Source of the DNA: Macrostomum lignano | Lineage: Eukaryota | Reading direction: 5' to 3' | DNA: 64,000 nucleotides | Assembly: GCA_002269645.1 (NCBI GenBank) | Contig: NIVC01002134.1 | Coordinates: 96,513-160,512, forward strand | Shown: one piece after another, positions 38,101-51,699 of the stretch | Layout: each line of letters begins with the position of its first letter | Numbering within the stretch: position 1 is the first letter of the stretch | Made by a program: the position numbers and the translations under genes | Notes under the pieces: model-generated | What the model was told of the DNA's origin: nothing | Database searches by the model: none | The model's input: only the letters and a program-made list of their open reading frames with translations

Positions 38101-39315
38101 GACGTACATTGTTACATGTACTAATCATACAATTTCACCTCCCACACCTTAGCTAAGTCTGTTCGCTGAGCCGCTGATGCTTGTCGAAGTGACAATTAGC
38201 GAGCGCGCGAATGTGCCCGGCTACACGCCAAGCCAGCCGGAGTCAACTCTGGCCGAGGTTGCGCCCAAACTGACTGAGGCAATCAATAAGAAAACTCTAT
38301 ACGTTCAGATTCTTGATGGCGAGATTATGTTTGACATACCTGTTAATGACTTTGTTCAGATGGATGCGAGAAGGTATTTATTCGCATCGTTATGAATTTT
38401 AATTAAGTATTCGACCGTATGCACTTGTGCACGCTATATAACTTGTTCAAAAATGCTAATTTCAGGACTGAAAAAAACGGAATCGCAAGGAGGACTGTCT
38501 CCAGGTAAAATCAATGTCTTGTGTGTTTTTGGAAAGCAAGAAAGTCTTCATCTTAAATATGGGGCACTGAGACGTTAGAAAAGCGCCGAGACCGACACCT
38601 ATGCATGACACCGGGATAGACACTTGGGCACCAGGATATTCATATAGCACAATCTGGATAGACACTTAGACATCAGGATGGACATATAGAACAACCAAAG
38701 AGACACTTGGACATAAGGACAGACACCTTGGACACCAAGGATAGACATATAAAACAATATGGATAGACACTTGGACACCATGATTGCCATATAAAACAAT
38801 CTGGATAGACGCTTGGACATCAAGATAGACACTTTGGACACCGGGATAAAGACTTGGACACCCGGATAGACACTTGGAAACCAGGATAGACATATAAAAC
38901 AAACAAGATAAACACTTGGACACCAGGATAGACACTTTGGACACCAGGATAAAGACGTGGACACTAGGATAGATACTTGGACACCGGGATAAAGACGTGG
39001 ACACTAGGATAGATATTTGAACACCGGGATAAAGACGTGGACACTAGGATAGACACTTGGAAACCAGGATAGCCATATAAAACAACCAGGATAGAGAGAA
39101 GATGATGGCATATCAAAGAATGCTTCCGAAGAAGGATCTTTAAACCAGCATTCTCAAACCAAACTCACGAAATCTAAGGAGCCGCAGCAGGTCTCAGCAT
39201 TGGCATGCTCATACTCGGTGCACTGATCGCCCTGCTGGTGATCTTCGGTCTGAGTTACTTCCGCAACAACTCTGTGTTCGGCTTCAAGCCGTTTGGAAAC
39301 GGCGCCGAAGGCTGA
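26144..39315 (+). CDS. Type I membrane protein with signal peptide, two tandem ependymin/LolA-like domains (inferred) and a C-terminal TM helix; exons 26144-26243, 26830-27105, 28604-28746, 28823-28910, 28943-29118, 29645-29738, 34488-34696, 35477-35635, 36203-36313, 36409-36486, 37089-37215, 37285-37409, 38153-38373, 38466-38504, 39179-39315
   Basis: Signal peptide [24 protein letters not shown]; repeated pattern P-x-x-F / YD / D-x-Y-I-x-C / GI..W; TM segment [23 protein letters not shown]. Most junctions are GT-AG and in phase, but three show a 1-nt phase conflict (see findings). The fold assignment is pattern-based only. Confidence 0.7.
27150..27580. repeat. Purine-rich (GA/GGA) low-complexity tract
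   Basis: Composition. Confidence 0.85.
30248..31072 (+). CDS. gag: Gypsy Gag
   Basis: [21 protein letters not shown]...TKFHH motif; C-x2-H-x9-C-x3-C knuckle ([18 protein letters not shown]). Confidence 0.9.
   Translation: MPSKRSKRQTVANTTGSTSTTERDTASTAQESINRGTVRPPPFYRKAPDVWFRQLESQFVLARITCPTTKFHHALSALPEDVACDIADVEDDYEALKSAVTELLRANRHQRIEEALAAVELGDRRPTQLVTDIRRRFSEVGLQVDDSIVKSRLLSALPGNIRSALVGHESEALDNFARIADSMLAVAGPTTPFHTIARATAAPSAPSPGNAREARPQRRTRQSRQKVCNGHIYYGAEARTCRPWCQWPGPKPQRVLKSRQATPAQSRAASPTNA
30976..31503 (+). CDS. Gypsy aspartic protease (-1 frame relative to gag)
   Basis: [10 protein letters not shown] active site and ILGADFL motif. Confidence 0.9.
   Translation: MVPVARTKATTRAQEPSGYAGTVARRQSNKRVGHAPGPSHDLNEAASLLLPCKLFGKTVRFVVDTGAERSLLPLDLAPRHLLAPTQVRLRSVDGREFSTLGQCSLSVAVPELRRLFPANFIVADTPPILGADFLAKFGLLIDMRNRRLHDPTTQLHAALQAIADSAPQVLATSEC
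31497..34154 (+). CDS. pol: Gypsy Pol: RT, RNase H, integrase
   Basis: [19 protein letters not shown]; TDAS, RELLAI, CDHKP, ADALSR; HHCC (HSLAHPG..CLQC) and DDE (MDIVGP, TDQG, VER). Confidence 0.95.
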   Translation: MLATPLDAFPQLAEAPDYSSAPSSSTVSHQIITDSKPLFCRPRPLPPAKFDAAKAEFDKLLQLGIVRPSASPWASPLHMVKKKDGSWRPCGDYRALNAVTKPDRYPIPHIGHFHHRLHGSRVFSKLDLVKAYHFVPIAAEDIEKTAVCTPFGSFEYLRMPFGLRNAASTFQRFVDAIFRDMPFVVTYIDDILIHSTCREEHEAHLHAVLQRLCDNGLRVSPHKCQFYQDTIEFLGHQISGDGIRPLPDRVDALRALPPPKDSRELQRYLGMFGFYQRHIQHYAQLLLPLRQLFHGTFSWLPEHDQAWRALQDALADAVTLAFPHPEANFTVTTDASAMAIGACLHQVVDGESTPLAFLSRKLSDTETKYSTFDRELLAIFAAIKAWKHLLQGQTVTVFCDHKPIIGAFASSKERFSDRQQRQMSAISEIVTDVVHIAGKDNVVADALSRPSKDAVNIATSEVLVAAAHEIAPTDEDTQMLPSFDLPAIARAQQLDSTLPSQSSTFKLFDIGLTDCKLLCETSYPNPRPVVPPDLRKHIFTSIHSLAHPGVKASCRLITHRYFWPEISRDVRRWTEECLQCQANKVTQHVHRPLHQLPTPSQRFATVHMDIVGPLTPPEANGQLQPRYLLTVIDAYTRWLEAIPLIDISAASVAQGFLSAWVSRFGPPLTLITDQGAQFREELMEEFTKLFGIHHIRTSAYNPRANGLVERAHRSLKAALRARGRCWLQQLPIVLLGLRIQPNDAGHCPFSGVTGEQPIVPPVVTEDASLSQLSNRLHNLFYPYRLPRTRATPVHLPDNLQSCSHVWLRLDRVRKPLEAPYQGPFPVLHRSPLTFTLDIRGTPTSVAIDRVKPARLPTPQRDEPTKTSDTDEPIRARLRPRRVTFA
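34923..35226 (-). mobile_element. tRNA-derived SINE-like repeat, copy 2
   Basis: A box TAGCATAGTACTGG and B box GGCTCGATTCC on minus; body homologous to 23969-24210. Confidence 0.75.
36678..36889 (-). pseudogene. Degenerate inverted copy of part of NEK10 exon 5 including its splice donor region
   Basis: Reverse complement aligns by eye to about 17848-18045 with substitutions and small indels. Confidence 0.9.
36917..37040 (+). mobile_element. Diverged SINE body fragment (same family as 23969 and 34923)
   Basis: CAAGACACAGAGAGTGTACATG...GCCGCTGTACACT matches the SINE body. Confidence 0.6.
37575..38058 (-). repeat. 15-bp minisatellite (GCTTTAGCACCAGGG on plus)
   Basis: 5-aa periodic ORFs; reverse complement of the 18765 array. 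Confidence 0.95.
38600..39090. repeat. Degenerate 20-22-bp minisatellite (GACACTTGGACACCAGGATA)
   Basis: Recurrent motif. Confidence 0.8.
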
Positions 39316-39829
39316 GAGAGAATGTGCTTCGCTGGTGATTATTCGTTTAAACAAACCCGTTATAGCTATTATTCGTGTGAGCTCAGATGTTAAAAAATTA
39401 ACTTTGATAAACAAAATCAACATGAGCCAGTTTTCGAAAAGTAATAAACATTTTTAAACCGATAACATTCGCTAGACTTAATATTTCAACAATATCAATA
39501 AATTGATAAATATACTAGTATACTCGTTTCTGGCGTTTCTAGTTAACATAGAAATGTTTTGACAATTTCAACGCTTCACTTTGTTTATTGACTTGTATGG
39601 ATCACAATACTAAACGTTTCCGACGTGAATTGACTTCGCTAAAAATGTGGGTAATTTTACTTTTCCTTTGAATAGGTGTTACACTTCTTTATGATACTGA
39701 CCAATATACGAGCTAGAGTATCGGGGAGTATTTTCATAAGACTGAAATTTTCACAGCGTCGAAAAAAGTATTGCTGATCACTTCCGCCGTCTCATACTGA
39801 GCCGATTTCGACGATATGACGTTACAAGC

Positions 39830-40310
39830 TGTGATGTTTCGAGTCTGTGATGTTTCGAGCTTGTGATGTTTCGAGCTTGTGATGTTTCGAGTATGTGATG
39901 TGATGTTTAGAATCTGTGATGTTTCGAGCTTGTGATGTTTCGAGTATGTGATGTGATGTTTAGAATCTGTGATGTTTCGAGCTTGTGATGTTTCGAGTAT
40001 GTGATGTGATGTTTAGAATCTGTGATGTGATGTTTCGAGTATGTGATGTGATGTTTAGAATCTGTGATGTGATGTTTCGAGTATGTGATGTGATGCTTCG
40101 AGTTTGTGATGTGATGTTTCGAGTTGTGATGTTTCGAGTATGTGATGTGATGTTTAGAATCTGTGATGTGATGTTTCGAGTATGTGATGTGATGCTTCGA
40201 GTTTGTGATGTGATGTTTCGAGTTGTGATGTTTCGAGTCTGTGATGTGATGTTTAGAGCCTGTGATGTTTTGAGTCGGCGATGTAGACGTTTCAAGTGAC
40301 GTGATGCTTT
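39830..40310. repeat. 14/19-bp compound minisatellite (TGTGATGTTTCGAG...)
   Basis: Direct repetition. Confidence 0.85.
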
Positions 40311-41002
40311 GAGCTTGTTAATCGACCCCCTTCAAAAAAGAAGTTGTCTGTCCAATGCGACAATGAGACATTTTAAAGAATGGCCTTCAATTTCTGTAGA
40401 AATCTTGCTGTCCATAAACATATCATTATTTTAATCATACAGTACTATTAGTACAAGTACAATACATTACTAGGCAACAATTGATTAAAATTAGTTTATA
40501 TCAGCATCAGTATATAGACATAAATGCCTGCTTAAATACAAAATTCGACACAGCTGAGTTCTATATTTAGCGTTTTACGCGCTGCGTTAAAATATCTGCT
40601 GCACTTAAAGCAGCACTAATGATATGCACTGCCCCGCGGCACTGTGCTCGCAGTGACAGAAAATCTATGGTGTACAAAAGCTAATGTACACCAAACTAAA
40701 CTGCGGGAGGGGGTCTGAGTGAGACAAGAAAGAGAGAAAAGAGAAACGGCTGGCAAAGCAACGGGTTAAAAGCACAATTATCGTCAGCAACGCGAGTGCA
40801 TACATGAATAGGCTTACAAAAGTGGGTGGATTTCGAACAAGCTAGAAGGATAGAACTGACAGAATTGAAAGCGCATTCTCCGCTTTGCCGACCCAGTAAG
40901 TGACCAAAGATTAATATTTAAAGACAATTCTCTCGACAAGGCAAGGTACAGAAATTTCATCTTAATTGTGTTGCTGAACGTCGCTACAGGTGACCGTGAA
41001 CT

Positions 41003-43157
<2,155 letters not shown>

Positions 43158-45164
43158 GCAGCGTCGCCGCTTAGTACAGTGCTCTGACAGCAGAGACTCT
43201 GTAATGCGTAATACCGAATGGAAAGACTAAAAACTTTTTTTATTGAAAAATACCAAAATATTGGAGCTTATTGTACGAAAAGGAATCATGTTTAAAACAA
43301 AATAAAAACTTTTTTTACTTTAAAAAAGGCTTGACTGTCTTTATCTACTACGATTTCGAAAGAAAAAATCATCGCTTACCATGCCTGCTTAGAGCCAACG
43401 GAAACGTGATTTTTTGTTAGATAGCTTTACTTTAACGCTTGGAACTCGCTGCAAAAACAAATCGCATTGCTTGCTATTGATAGGACTTGGCAAAAATTAT
43501 GTAATATATGTCTATGCATATTTCTTTGGTGGTTTTTGTTTGTTAAAAAGAGCTTTATTTGCGATTTTTATCTTTAAATGCGTGCAGTTTGGAGTTTGTT
43601 TCTTTATTTAACTGTCTGGCGTCTGTTCGATTTCGGATTCTCTCGGTGTAGCTAACTGGCATAGTTAAGATGAGGATCGTTAGTTTTGACTTTTTTACAA
43701 TCTACAAAGTCTCTACAGACCAGCACCTCACTGGAAAATTGAACAAGATTGGAAGAACAGAATGTCAGGGACATTCCCTACTTAGTTGCCGCCCCTTGAT
43801 GTTGATTCTGGCGCAATCACCGTAAGAGTCAAGAATAGCAGGAGGGAATACCATTTCAATAGTTGTTTTGAAATTCAAAATACCATTTCAAAATGGTGCT
43901 CAAGGATTTCCGGATTCTTTCTGTCAGAAAAGGGGGCCCTACACAGAGGGGACACCTTCAAGGTATCTATAAATCTGTTATTGAGACAGACGTCTAAGCT
44001 GACTATTGCATTGTTGGAATTGTCGTAATCTTTATTAGTATCAGAGATTTTTAGGGTATTTTATTAGACGACTGCATGTAGCCAGTCCTCTGCGACACTC
44101 GGGTACATCGTACCATGAACTAATGGTATTGTCAATATTATTAAGCCCAGTTTCTGAGAAGAGACCAATACTAATATTTGTATTGTACAACCACATTTTA
44201 CTGTCATGAATATTTTTGTTCAGCTTGTTACAATTTAAATTCCCAATATTGAGGGTTCAATTCTACGAGTATTGCTGTCAGTAGCCATATCGAAATTTAA
44301 TTTAGCTCGTATAACCCAGTTCAGGACTCGGTTCTGCTTCCGCACATCGAGGTGGCTTCAGCTTCACCTACCCTGACTGCGGGCTCTCTCGGGCAAAAGA
44401 AGGTCGCCAGGACTTCACTCGAAGTCCCCGAATTGATCTCAAGAGCCCGTTGATTTCTTTAACTTTTGGTGCGGCAAGTATTAAGTTCAAATCTTGATGA
44501 CTATCTATCTGTGAATACATTATAGTCTGTGTTGTGAAACAGTTCTTATACAGACTTGATTCTTACGTTATGAAGGTTTTTAGGACAGCATCTAGTAGCG
44601 TTAGTAGCGTCAGTGGCAGCGTTACTTGTAGAAATGGAATTTAGGACTATTTAGGGACTATATATTGCATTTTGTACAAAATTCGACTACTGAGAGTACA
44701 TGTAGTTTTAATAAGCAATTTGTATAGTTATTTTTTGTCTTTTACTATTAATTTGGTAGTTTTAATTGCTTTCATTAGTTTTAAGTGACTGAGAACGTCA
44801 GAAAAATATGTCGAAAGATTGCGAGCTACTCTCCAAGTGAGTATATGGTGTAGCTAACCATTCTTTGTGACCCTTGATACTCCTTTTTTATAACTTATGC
44901 TAGAAGATCTACATGTATTCGTTAAGTTACTCTTCTCTGTAGTAAAACAAATCTGCGATCAGTTCTTATTTATCAGGCAAAACTAACAAAACTAATTTTT
45001 TATCAACTACGTTTCCTTTGTTACTAAACGTCTAATAAATGACAGAAGCTATACAAAATTCATTTAACCTCTATAATTTACATTTCTAGTACATTGTTTT
45101 ACTGTAATATTATTCTTAAAAATTTTGATCCCTTATAGAAACCAATAATTTTGCTTCAGTGCTA

Positions 45165-45329
45165 CAAAACATGGCGCCTGCGGCACCAAAATGAGTGCCT
45201 GTGGTGCCAAAATGATCCCTGACAACACCGATTCGGAAAGTAATGTACTTGTAAGAATTTAGCATGTGCATGTACATGTAGAATTCTTGACTTTGTCCCT
45301 CCACCATAAAATCCATGGCGACGCCCCTG
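45165..45329 (+). mobile_element. 5'-truncated copy of the MITE at 52943-53664
   Basis: Shares the right TIR TGGCGACGCCCCTG, the GACAACACCGATTC subterminal sequence and two 21-bp units. Confidence 0.75.
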
Positions 45330-46992
45330 GGAACAGGTGACAGTCGGTAAGCAGCTTCAGAGCTCAAAGAGAGCCCTATGGCTGGAACTCTCACCAGATC
45401 GATTTTTTTCTATAAGTAAACAGCCTAGAAGGGACAGCCTTGCGAGTGAGCCGAAGAAGACAGAAAGTGCAAGCTATTCCAAGGATAATTGCACTAAAGC
45501 AGCAAGAGCGTCGCTGAAGGATGATTTTCTATAGGATTTTCTTGAGCCATTAACAGTTCAAGAAAAAAGCTGCAAACAAGCGACGTCGTGACGCAAAACA
45601 ACCCAAATCCAGTTTTGCTTCAATCAGCATTCCCAGAGGAAACTGCAATTGACTATGACGCCATGCATAAAAGCGTCATGCATCCGGGACAATTTACTGA
45701 GAAACTGTTTACTATTGTCTCTAAAAACCGAAAGACGAGAAAATAAAAGCATGCAGTCTATATTTATATTAGAATGTGATGTAACCGCCCTTGTCGCCTG
45801 TCCGCTCCGTTGAGAGACGAACGCGTGACCAGAGGGGGCAATGACCGTGGCTGCCTATGACCGGGCAATGACCTGACGAACCTCCAGCACCAGACTGTCC
45901 CGCCCACATGATTGATAGCTTTGGTAGCGCTTCGTGACCAGAGGGCCAAGGACCCACATAGACCCCACCTGTAGCCAAGGTGCAATAGTTGGTCACTCGG
46001 TCATAGTATGACCGAGTGGCTGCCACCACTCTATGTGACCTGGCGCATCTGGATCTTACTACCAGACCTCTCGAGGCTACAGCCCCGCCTGGGATGATTA
46101 CCAGGGGATTTAGGCTAACAGGGGAGACACATGCAGCCGAGTACACGGACTCTGCTTGAGGCATGATCGGGAACTCTGGGCTCAATCTGGAGGATTTCTC
46201 AGCAAGGGATTCTTTGTGGCTGTGAGCGAGGCTGACTTGCGACTTTGATTACTAAGAGTAGTGTGAGGCGAACATGTGCTGTCTATAGTTTAGACTGCTC
46301 AGGGCGAAGGGACACGTCAGCATGGGATTGCAACCTTCCTACTGCCATTCTGTGCCAAGACTCGCTAATCCTCAACATCAGGCGCTGATGTAGATCAGGC
46401 GATGCTGATGATGCTGGGCGGTATCAGACCGCTGGCCAATAGGCGAGCTCACTTGGGGAGCTGAAGATAACTTGGCGGTAACAGACCGCGGACCGGCAGG
46501 GATTCGTCCTATAGACGAATGGGTCAGAACTACGTCTGACAGCGAGTCCACAGTAGGACGAGAAGGAACGCGTAACCTCGCAGTTCTGAGGATTCTCATG
46601 CCGAAAACCGCCTCCTTATATAGCCTTCCCAGCCGCCGCTCCAAGGTCGTTTCCATGACTCCCTCTCTCTGATTGGCTGCCGGCAGAATGACGTCAGAAT
46701 GAGTCATGATGAGAAGCATGAGAACGGCATAGCAACACGAGAAATTGGAGAATTGCGCAATCCGGAGGTGGGGTGGGGGATAATTGGCGCAGCGGGAGGT
46801 CTCGAAAGTGTTGCACAAGCAAACATTGAGAACAATGGGGCGGGGTTCGAGAACAAAGGAATTGGAAATCGGGGATAATTGGGGAGAATCGAGAACAATA
46901 GAAAAGCAAACATTGGAGAAAAGGTGATAATTAGGTGCGAAAACGAGAACAATAGAAAGAGAAAATCGAAGAAAATGTGATAATTGGTGGGG

Positions 46993-49962
46993 CACGCCTA
47001 TGCAGAAGCTGAAAAATGGGGAAAGAAAATTCCCAAAGAAACTGATGCTTTTCCCAGCCCCAATGACCTATGCAGATTTCAAAAACAGTGTCAGACAAAT
47101 CTAATCGCCTTGTCAAAAATGGTAATATGAATTTTTTATATTATATGCAAATTACATGTAATATGATAGGTATTTAAGGCGAAACCCATCGATAATATTA
47201 ATGTTAATATAAGTTCGTAGTTTTAATATTAATTTTAATCATTAAAGGAACGTGCAACTGTATTAGTATTAATATTATAAAATGAGAACCATGCACTTAT
47301 TATTGCTAATGTCCGTATGGAATAAAGTGTGCATGGATATTAAGTACACAAGCTAAATCCTAGAAATCTTTGCAGGCATGAAAATGCTTGACATCAAATA
47401 TGGCTGGAATTGTAGCTAACAACTGCGCGCAGCAGGCATTCTGCATACTGCACATGCCCCAGAGGCCTGCGAAACCGCTGCCACGTCGAACGAAAGTCGC
47501 TGTGTGCAGACTCGACTGCCTGCTCACTGAAGGTCCCAAGGCCTGAGTTGAATCGCTCGCAGAACTCCGGAACATGGTGGAAAAGGGCGTGCATCTTAGG
47601 TGTCGGCACCAGCTTCAGTTCAGCGCAGCAGGATTCCAGCTGGGCAATCTTCTGGCAAAAGTCGCTCATCAGCTGTTGCCCAAAGCATGCTTGGCGAACA
47701 GCATCGAATGCCATGAGAGCAGACGCATAGCCCTGGAGCCTTGATGGCAGGTTGCTCTTGAGCTCTTGAGCTTTAAGCAGCAATCTGACACACGCAGGGC
47801 CTTCCAGACACCCGCCGTGGTACTGCTCGCGACAGATTCCAGCTGAATGCGCCCACTTGTATGCCTTGTCGTCGCCCCAAGCTGAGTTCAGCTGATCGAG
47901 CAGTTTGTTGGTCACACCAAGCATGATGTGCAGCTCTGGTGGTGGCACGAGGTCCAGCATTGGCGTAGAATCAGCCCCAGGGAGAAGAGGCTGTCTGACA
48001 CAGCTTGCGTAGTTTCTTGCCAGTCGCTGGCAGCTACCAGCAGCCTCGAATGCCGTGGCCATCCGACGAATGGATCCAAGGGTTCTTATGGAACCGGCAA
48101 CTTGCCACGGCGCCTGCCCCTCACAGTAGAGACAAGGATGAGCTGCGGCATGACTTTGAAGGCCACACAGGATGTTGGCTAGCTTGAAGTCGCAAGCGAC
48201 TGTGAACTTAATCGATGTCAAGTCTAGCTCATCTAGAAGTGCTCGCACATTTGCATAGTTCTCCTGGACATCCTCAGCAATCGCGATGATAAACAGTTTT
48301 TTTACGCCAAAGTTGCTTATTCGCGACTCCCTGCTCAGCTTCTTAGGTGTGGACTCTGCCTGTGGTTCGGTAGGCAGTACTGGGGCGACACTAAGGCAGA
48401 TTTTTAGCGAGCCACCACCTCCGTCCATCCCCAGCTTCAATCTCACATCGAACTCACTAAATCCTCGCTTTGAGCAAATGAAGCTCAGCAGGCCCTGCAG
48501 ATCGGGGCATATGACGGAACATCTTGTGGTATCAGTAAAGCTGCCACCTGAGGACTTTTGAGTGAATTTGAGCTGCCGCATCTCAAAAAAACTCTCCGCG
48601 ATGCTGCCTGCGGCTGCCAGAGCTGCCCGCAGTCCGGGTTGCACGGCCTTACGACTGCCCTCCGCCTGCCTGATAATTGTGGCTGCCATGTTTGTCTGCC
48701 GGTCACTCAGATTGAGAGATGTCTTTAACGTTACTAGTGTCTCGGTCCTCAGCGCTCTCTGCTCATTTGAATCACTTGCATGCCTCAGCTGCATTGGTGG
48801 GCCACCGGTGGCGCTGGAAATAGAAGCCGTTGATCCATGTCCTGATGCTGCTGCTGCTCTTAGCTTTTCACGCATCACGTCATGAGCGATGTGCTCTTTT
48901 GATGTAGGGCTGAGCGTGCGCAGGTACTGCAACTTGCTGGAGACGCTGCACTCGTGCCTTAGGCCTTTGCCCACAAGTGAGTGGCACCTAGTGCAGCGCT
49001 TCTCCGAGTCTCTGTCCTGGCTTCGAGTTGTTTCTGCAGGTCGTCCTTGGGGCAATTTATGGTTGGCCCGGCTGCTGTCAGACATGTATGGGTGCCAGAC
49101 CGCCACCCGCTTGTTTGATGGGCTGGAAACTACCTGGCAGATACAGCAGGAGCAGTGCGGATGCTCACGTGTGAGTTGTGGCAAAACCTCCAAATCTGCA
49201 ACAATTTGAAGGTATGGCAGTCGAGCAGGCAGTTCTTGCGGTACAGGTGACGTCTGTGACTGCAATTTCTTGCTGCAGCAGCTGCACATGCCTCCTGGCA
49301 GAGTATTACGGATGTAGGCATGACAGAATTCTGGCAGGATAAATTGCTCGATGAGTTCTGCCTGAGCAGCTGAAATAACGCGATCGGCTTTGCGGAAGCA
49401 GAGGATGCAGCACCAGATACGATTCTCTTCATGTGTGCGTCGAAAGTTTGGCATCGCGAGGCCAGAGAACTGATTTGAGTACTGAGGGTAATTGTTTCAA
49501 TTGACTGCAACTTTATTTTCAAAGGAAGTCTGCGTGTTAGCAAACTTGTGATAAGAGGCATGTTCTACTTTATGAATGTACATAGTCTGTTCATTGTTTC
49601 TCAATCCCTTAATCACAATAGATCTCAATAAATATGTACATTTGAGTTGTCTGCCAAAATTTCTATCTAATAATGTACAGCATTTTATGACGCCCTTAAA
49701 TTTATGCTCTAAACTTTGCAATTGATGCCTGCTCTTGTTACGCAATTGTTTTCACTACTTGCAATGGCGCAACTGACGAATCTAATACTGAACATGCAGC
49801 TGAGAACACATAATTTCAATTTTCCATTCTATTATTTTTGGACAAGGCGATTAGATTTGTCTGACACTGTTTTTAAAATCTGCATAGGTCATTGGGGCTG
49901 GGAAAAGCATCAGTTTCTTAGGGAATTTTCTTTCCCCATTTTTCAGCTTCTGCATAGGCGTG
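46993..49962 (-). mobile_element. Chapaev-type (RAG1-like DDE) DNA transposon, apparently intact, 2970 bp
   Basis: 122-bp TIRs (46993-47114, 49841-49962) with 2 mismatches; CAC...GTG termini; GGGG on both flanks (4-bp TSD); interrupts a GAGAACAAT-rich tract that continues on both sides. Confidence 0.88.
47394..49454 (-). CDS. Transposase, 686 aa, uninterrupted
   Basis: N-terminal H-x7-C-x2-C zinc finger; core motifs KLGMDGGG, CDFKLANILCGLQ...CLYC, PPPELHIMLG, TPKMHALFHHVPEF, FSEQAVESAH, collinear with RAG1/Transib/Chapaev cores. Confidence 0.9.
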   Translation of the reverse strand: MPNFRRTHEENRIWCCILCFRKADRVISAAQAELIEQFILPEFCHAYIRNTLPGGMCSCCSKKLQSQTSPVPQELPARLPYLQIVADLEVLPQLTREHPHCSCCICQVVSSPSNKRVAVWHPYMSDSSRANHKLPQGRPAETTRSQDRDSEKRCTRCHSLVGKGLRHECSVSSKLQYLRTLSPTSKEHIAHDVMREKLRAAAASGHGSTASISSATGGPPMQLRHASDSNEQRALRTETLVTLKTSLNLSDRQTNMAATIIRQAEGSRKAVQPGLRAALAAAGSIAESFFEMRQLKFTQKSSGGSFTDTTRCSVICPDLQGLLSFICSKRGFSEFDVRLKLGMDGGGGSLKICLSVAPVLPTEPQAESTPKKLSRESRISNFGVKKLFIIAIAEDVQENYANVRALLDELDLTSIKFTVACDFKLANILCGLQSHAAAHPCLYCEGQAPWQVAGSIRTLGSIRRMATAFEAAGSCQRLARNYASCVRQPLLPGADSTPMLDLVPPPELHIMLGVTNKLLDQLNSAWGDDKAYKWAHSAGICREQYHGGCLEGPACVRLLLKAQELKSNLPSRLQGYASALMAFDAVRQACFGQQLMSDFCQKIAQLESCCAELKLVPTPKMHALFHHVPEFCERFNSGLGTFSEQAVESAHSDFRSTWQRFRRPLGHVQYAECLLRAVVSYNSSHI

Positions 49963-51699
49963 GGGGGTAAAGAGAACAAAAGAATCAAAAACGAGAACAA
50001 TAGAAGCGGAGGTGGGGTGGGTGTCGCATGAGAAATTTGGGGAGGAGAACAATGGCATGAGAAAAGGTTGCGCAAGAGAGGGGGATGAGTCATCGATGAG
50101 TCATCGAGGGGAAGGAGGGGTCACACGACTTGCTTCACCGTTTGGTAGTTTGAGAAGGGATGGGGGCACAGTGAGCGCGCAAACTACTGTAAGTAGACGC
50201 AGGAAAAGGGGGGACAGCGCAGCAAAATAATGCGAAAAAAGGCAAAAAGAAGGGAGACAGGGGAGGTACAGAGAGAATAGGGTGGAGCGCAGAGGAGATA
50301 GGGTAGAGGGGGAGGTACAGAGAGGGGTAGGGAGCTCCGGAAAGGCAAGTGTGGCGGCAGGAGAGACGGAGCCAAGGCAGCAGGGGGTGCAGCAGAGCGG
50401 GAGTCTGCAGGTCTGGTCGAAGACCTGGCCCAGTCTCGACAGCTCCGAGCAGAAGGTACGCGGCGATGGGAGGCACTTTTGAAAAAAGTTCTGTGAAATT
50501 GCATGAAGAATATCGAAAGTCAAAACAATTTAGCAAACTGATTCACTATGCAAAAGACACCGTTTGGCAATGCGGATATTGTCATAGGTGAGGTTGATCA
50601 CCTATGAAAATATATATACTACTCATATATATAGTACTCTTATGTATATACTCAGCAACATTGAAAAGTCGCCACTCTATGCGCCAGTGAGCAATTTCTC
50701 TTGGACTGTTTTGAAATCAAAGATGCAAGAAAACTGATCGGCTTAGCTTTAATTCGCCCAACCCTCGCACACCGCTCCCCCCACTTCATTCCTCAATTTA
50801 AGTCTGACCCGGCGTAGCTGAGTTGCGTCACACGCAGAGAGTCACTCGGTTCTATTGTTCGCTTTTTTAGACATGACCGATGAGCGAAATTGAGCAAAAT
50901 GAATATTGGATGAAATAAAAAATTTGCGTAGGAGAACGAGGAGGTAGCAAATTTTGTAGAATCTTAAAACATAAAAGCAAAAAAACAAAACCTTTTCCCT
51001 ATAGCCCAATGTCTTCAAACTTGTAGAGAAACTCCCAAACTTCTTGTCTATCTCTGGCCACTACCATTTCAACACCTTGACTCTAAAATCTGCACTAAGA
51101 AGAGTGAAATGATTTGATGCAGATATTATGATATTATGATATTATGATATTATGCAGAGAAGTCAAACTTGCTAACGATAGAGAAGGTTTAAAAAGCAAC
51201 CAAAGCAAGAAATGAAGACGAAAGTTTTTTTCCGAAACTTCTAAACATTGCAGCTATCAGTTTGCTGTGCCTAAATGGAAAAAGTTAAAGTTTCAGAAAA
51301 AAACTTTTTGCTTGCAATTCCAGGGCAACAAAAGTCAATAATAATCCTTTTTCACCTTGCTAAAGGCCAAAAAGAACAGTATCAGTTTGAAGATTTACTT
51401 CAGTTTTCTTCAAAAAAGAATTGAGTCTTAAGGTGAGGATCTCAGCTAGGAGAGAAGTGTGATAAGTCTAGATAACTCCAATCGAGATGTCAGTATGAGC
51501 AGTTTGTCAAAGTCTTATTCACGAATGGTTAACAGCTGGTTAGCGATAAAACAGACACAGCCCCCTTCCAAACACCTCTCGCCAACTGTCAGAGTTGGAA
51601 ATCTCCGGAGCATAAAATGCAAAGAATTCAAGATTAGTTTACCATTATTTTAGCAGAGAGAAATCGTCCGAAATCTTAAAATAGCGAACAGATTCTAGC

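Noticed and set aside
43740-44450. Possible decayed non-LTR RT or structured RNA fragment
   Set aside because: Only an IVSLDV-like hexapeptide with stops; no recognisable rRNA or snRNA motif.
45774-46377. Possible LTR (TGT...ACA, internal subrepeats)
   Set aside because: No TSD, PBS, PPT or second copy; flanking ORFs at 46378-46995 and 50101-50536 show no domain motif.
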